A stretch of DNA of 64,000 bases from Macrostomum lignano (lineage: Eukaryota), in the NCBI GenBank assembly GCA_002269645.1, contig NIVC01000694.1, forward strand, positions 124,001-188,000. Reading direction: 5' to 3'. Shown here in pieces: positions 60,392-64,000 of the stretch (position 1 is its first letter; every line of letters begins with the position of its first letter). The translations under genes and the position numbers were made by a program. Under the pieces are notes generated by a model. That model was given only the letters and a program-made list of their open reading frames with translations. It made no database searches and was not told the origin of the DNA.

Positions 60392-61117
60392 TGCAAACAG
60401 GGAGCTTATCCACCACTCTGCAAACAGGGAGCTTATCCACCACCCTGCAAATAGGGAGCTTATCCACCGCCCTGCAAACAGGGAGCTTATTCACCACCCT
60501 GCAAATAGGGAGCTTATCCACCGCCCTGCAAACACGGGAGCTTATCCACCACCCTGCAAATAGGGAGCTTATCCACCGCCCTGCAAACACGGGAGCTTAT
60601 CCACCACCCTGCAAACAGGGACTTATCCACCACCCTGCAAATAGGGAGCTTATCCACCGCCCTGCAAACACGGGAGCTTATCCACCACCCTGCAAACAGG
60701 GACTTATCCACCACCCTGCAAACAGGGACTTATCCACCGCCCTGCAAACACGGGAGCTTATCCACCGCTCTGCAAACAGGGAGCTTATCCACCACCCTGC
60801 AAATAGGGAGCTTATCACCACCCTGCAAACAGGGAGCTTATCCACCGCCCTGCAAACAGGGAGCTTATCCACCACCCTGCAAACAGGGAGCTTATCCACC
60901 ACCCTGCAAACAGGGACTTATCCACCGCCCTGCAAACACGGGAGCTTATCCACCGCCCTGCAAACAGGGAGCTTATCCACCACCCTGCAAATAGGGAGCT
61001 TATCCACCACCCTGCAAACAGGGAGCTTATCCACCGCCCTGCAAACAGGGAGCTTATCCACCACTCTGCAAACAGGGAGCTTATCCACCACTCTGCAAAC
61101 AGGGAGCTTATCCACCG
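60392..61117. repeat. 27-bp intronic minisatellite (GGGAGCTTATCCACCACCCTGCAAACA)n
   Basis: About 27 units; ends roughly 23 nt from the FIGNL1 donor. Confidence 0.96.
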
Positions 61118-61140
61118 CTGATCCGCGACCGGCCACCCAC

Positions 61141-62811
61141 CAGGTTGGCCACGTCGGCCCCGCTGTAGCCGTCCGTGGCGGTCACGATGTGTTCAATGTC
61201 GGCCTCGGCCAGGCTGTGGCTCTGACCGACCAACATCCGTTCGACGATCTGCCGGCGGCCGACGGCCTCGGGCAGCGGGATGTACAGCCGCTTGACGAAT
61301 CGCCGCCGGGCCGCGTCGTCCAGCTCCTGCGGCCGGTTGGTGGCGCCGATGACCAGCAGGCGCTCCTCCGCCTCAGTGCCGATACCGTCCAGCTGCACGA
61401 GGAACTCCGTCTTCATCCGTCGGGAGGACTCGTGCTCGGACTCCGAGCGCGCCGACAGCAGCGAGTCGACCTCGTCGATGAACACCACAGAGGGGGCGCG
61501 GCAGCGGGCCACGGCGAACAGGGCGCGGACGAGTTTCTCACCCTCGCCCACCCACTTGGAGGTGAGGCTGCTGGCCGAGATGTTGAAGAAGGTGGCGCCG
61601 GACACCGAGGCGATGCAGCGGCCGATCAGCGACTTGCCGGTGCCGGGCGGCCCGAACAGCAGGAGGCCCTTGGGCGGGCCGCGGATGCCGGTGAAGATGT
61701 CGGGCCGCAGCATGGGGAACACGATGATCTCCTTGATGGTGGCTTTGGCGAACTCCAGGCCGGCAATGTCGTCCCAGCCGATGCTGGGCGCCGAGTCCAT
61801 GACCTCGCGCAGGATCGTCTCCACCAGCTTCACGTCCAGGCCGCGAAGGCGCTCGTCCTCCTGCACCAGGGCCGCCGCCTCGGAGAGCTCCGGCTCAGCG
61901 GCGGCGGGCTGCGGCGGCCTCTGCTGCTGCTGCTCCTGCGGCGGTGGCGAGGCAGCCTTCGAACGAGAGAACGGCGGCACGAAGCCGGAGGTCGGCGTCC
62001 GCCGGCTGGGTCCCAGCGACCGCTTGGCGGGGCCGCCGCCCCCTCCGCCGCCAGTTTTGGCGGCATCGATTTGCAGCTGCCGCCTGGCCGTCACAAAGGC
62101 TGACGGGGCCGGCGGACGGCCAGCGGCGGCCGGAGGCTGCGGCGGCTGAGGCTGCGGAGGCGGCGGCTGCTGCCTGGCAAACAGCGGACGGAGGGCGCTG
62201 CCGCCGCTGCCACCGCCACTGTCGCTGACGAAGGAGCTTCCGCGGTTTGGCGCATGCTGATGCGGCGGTTTCTGAATTTGCGGCGGTGGCCGCTGCGGCT
62301 CCTGTTGCTTCTTCAGCTGCTGCTGCGCCTGGCGCAGTCGCTGCTCGACATCGACGGGATCGCCAAGCCGGACTCCGCCATCCGTGGCTGGCGGCGCAGC
62401 CTCTCGGCAGGGCGCCAGCAGGCCGTCCAGCGCGGCGGGGCCAAGCGCAGACTGCCACTCGGCGGCGCGGTTCTGGCAGCCCGCCGCCAGCTTCAAGGCC
62501 GCATCGGCGAAGTTGTTGAGGCTGCCGGGCTGCAGGCTGTCCACCTCGGCCGCGTAAGCGTCCAGGGCGGCGCCGGCCAGCGGGCAGTTCAGCGCCAGGT
62601 CGCCCGACGGCGAGTCGGCGAGGGCAAAGGCACGGCAGCGGAGGAGGCGGGCGCGAAGCTCCGGGTTGCCCCGGGGGCAGCGGAGCAGCTCAGCGTCCAG
62701 GCAGTGCACGGCCTGCACCTGGCGCAGCTGCTGCTGACGGGGCTCGGCAGGCTGGGACTGCAGAGTCGGGAGCGAGGATGTTCTGGTGAAATCTGCTTCG
62801 AATGCAGCCAT
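61141..62811 (-). CDS. FIGNL1: Fidgetin-like protein 1 AAA ATPase, first coding exon
   Basis: FVTARRQL and FVPPF (RAD51-binding-type motifs), [30 protein letters not shown], Walker A GPPGTGKS, Walker [24 protein letters not shown], and GYSGAD..NL/GTGGGT donor. Confidence 0.94.
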
Positions 62812-63084
62812 AGCAACTGAGATTTGCCATGGATACCAGTTCTTTTTAATTAAAAACTCGAGTTACATGTGAAATGCTATTTGTGTTCAGCTGCACTTAA
62901 AGCAGACTGTCAGAAAAATGTTTAAAAAGTTCTCCAGCTTAAATGATTATTACTATACGGGCCTACTGAGGACCCGGTTGAATATGAGCAGTTTGGTGAC
63001 GCAACCATGCAACCTGGTATGCGCTGCAGCTGCTCGGTATGGTGTTGTATTGTAAACATTTATATTTAACACGTGTCCCACGTA

Positions 63085-64000
63085 TTGATGCAGTAATCTG
63101 ACCTAGTGATGCAATAACCCACCCTAATGATACAATAATCTACCCTAGTGATGCAATAATCCACCCTAATGATACAATAATCTGCCCTAGTGATGCAAAA
63201 ATCTACCCTAATGATACAATAATCTGCCCTAGTGATGCAAAAATCCACCCTAATGATACAATAATCTACCCTAGTGATGCAAAAATCCACCCTAGTGATG
63301 CAACAATCCACCCTAGTGATGCAATAACCCACCCTAATGATACAATAATCTACCCTAGTGATGCAATAATCCACCCTTATGATACAATAATCTACCCTAG
63401 TGATGCAATAACCCACCCTTATGATGCAATAATCTACCCTAGTGATGCAATAACCCACCCTAGTGATGCAATAATCTACCCTAGTGATGCAATAATCTAC
63501 CCTAGTGATGCAATAATCTACCCTAGTGATGCAAAAATCCACCCTAGTGATGCAATAACCCACCCTAATGATACAATAATCTACCCTAGTGATGCAATAA
63601 TCCACCCTTATGATACAATAACCTACCCTAGTGATGCAATAACCCACCCTTATGATACAATAATCTACCCTAGTGATGCAATAACCCACCCTTATGATAC
63701 AATATTCTACCCTAGTGATGCAATAACCCACCCTAATGATACAATAATCTACCCTAGTGATGCAATAACCCACCCTTATGATACAATAATCTACCCTAGT
63801 GATGCAATAACCCACCCTTATGATACAATAATCTACCCTAGTGATGCAATAATCTACCCTAGTGATGCAAAAATCCACCCTAATGATACAATAATCTACC
63901 CTAGTGATGCAATAACCCACCCTAATGATACAATAATCTACCCTGATGATGCAATAATCCACCCTAGTGATGCAACAATTTGCCCTAGTGATGCAGCAAT
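63085..64000. repeat. 21-bp minisatellite (ATCTACCCTAGTGATGCAATA)n, truncated by the window edge
   Basis: About 43 units with alternating variants. Confidence 0.97.

Noticed and set aside
29656-62811. Calling MAN1B1, TALPID3 and FIGNL1 pseudogenes or programmed-frameshift genes
   Set aside because: Catalytic motifs and splice sites are intact. All shifts are single-base losses in G/C runs with no slippery heptamer pattern, so assembly error is more parsimonious.

Overview
This is animal (metazoan) genomic DNA. GC-rich, intron-poor genes with Ala/Pro/Gln runs alternate with about 30 different locus-private minisatellites or microsatellites that fill most large introns and many intergenic gaps. 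The style resembles the flatworm Macrostomum lignano, which is an inference and was not checked. Genes recognised: SSUH2-like (-, runs off the left edge), a small one-TM ORF, a membrane-anchored double MATH/TRAF protein, an SLC7/LAT amino-acid transporter, a giant intronless hnRNP-U-like SPRY + P-loop gene split at a 10-bp triplication, ER alpha-1,2-mannosidase (MAN1B1-like), TALPID3/KIAA0586-like, two duplicated tiny genes with a DLDNHxxQLNPNN motif, a CNG channel alpha-type subunit (-) and FIGNL1 (-). Mobile DNA: a decayed D34D mariner, a 5'-truncated RNase-H non-LTR fragment, and a roughly 6-kb AT-rich nest of old repeat copies. Five single-base deletions in short G/C runs within otherwise intact genes are most likely assembly errors. 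The top leads are (1) a RIP-like CpA/TpG->TpA decay signature in the repeat nest, (2) tandem IRF-element-like heptamers next to the TATA box of the twin micro-genes, (3) the hnRNP-U-like protein with an unrecognised helical repeat, and (4) a minisatellite seen as one unit in one paralog and about 23 units in the other. No rRNA, tRNA or CRISPR array was recognised. All alignments and counts were done by eye.
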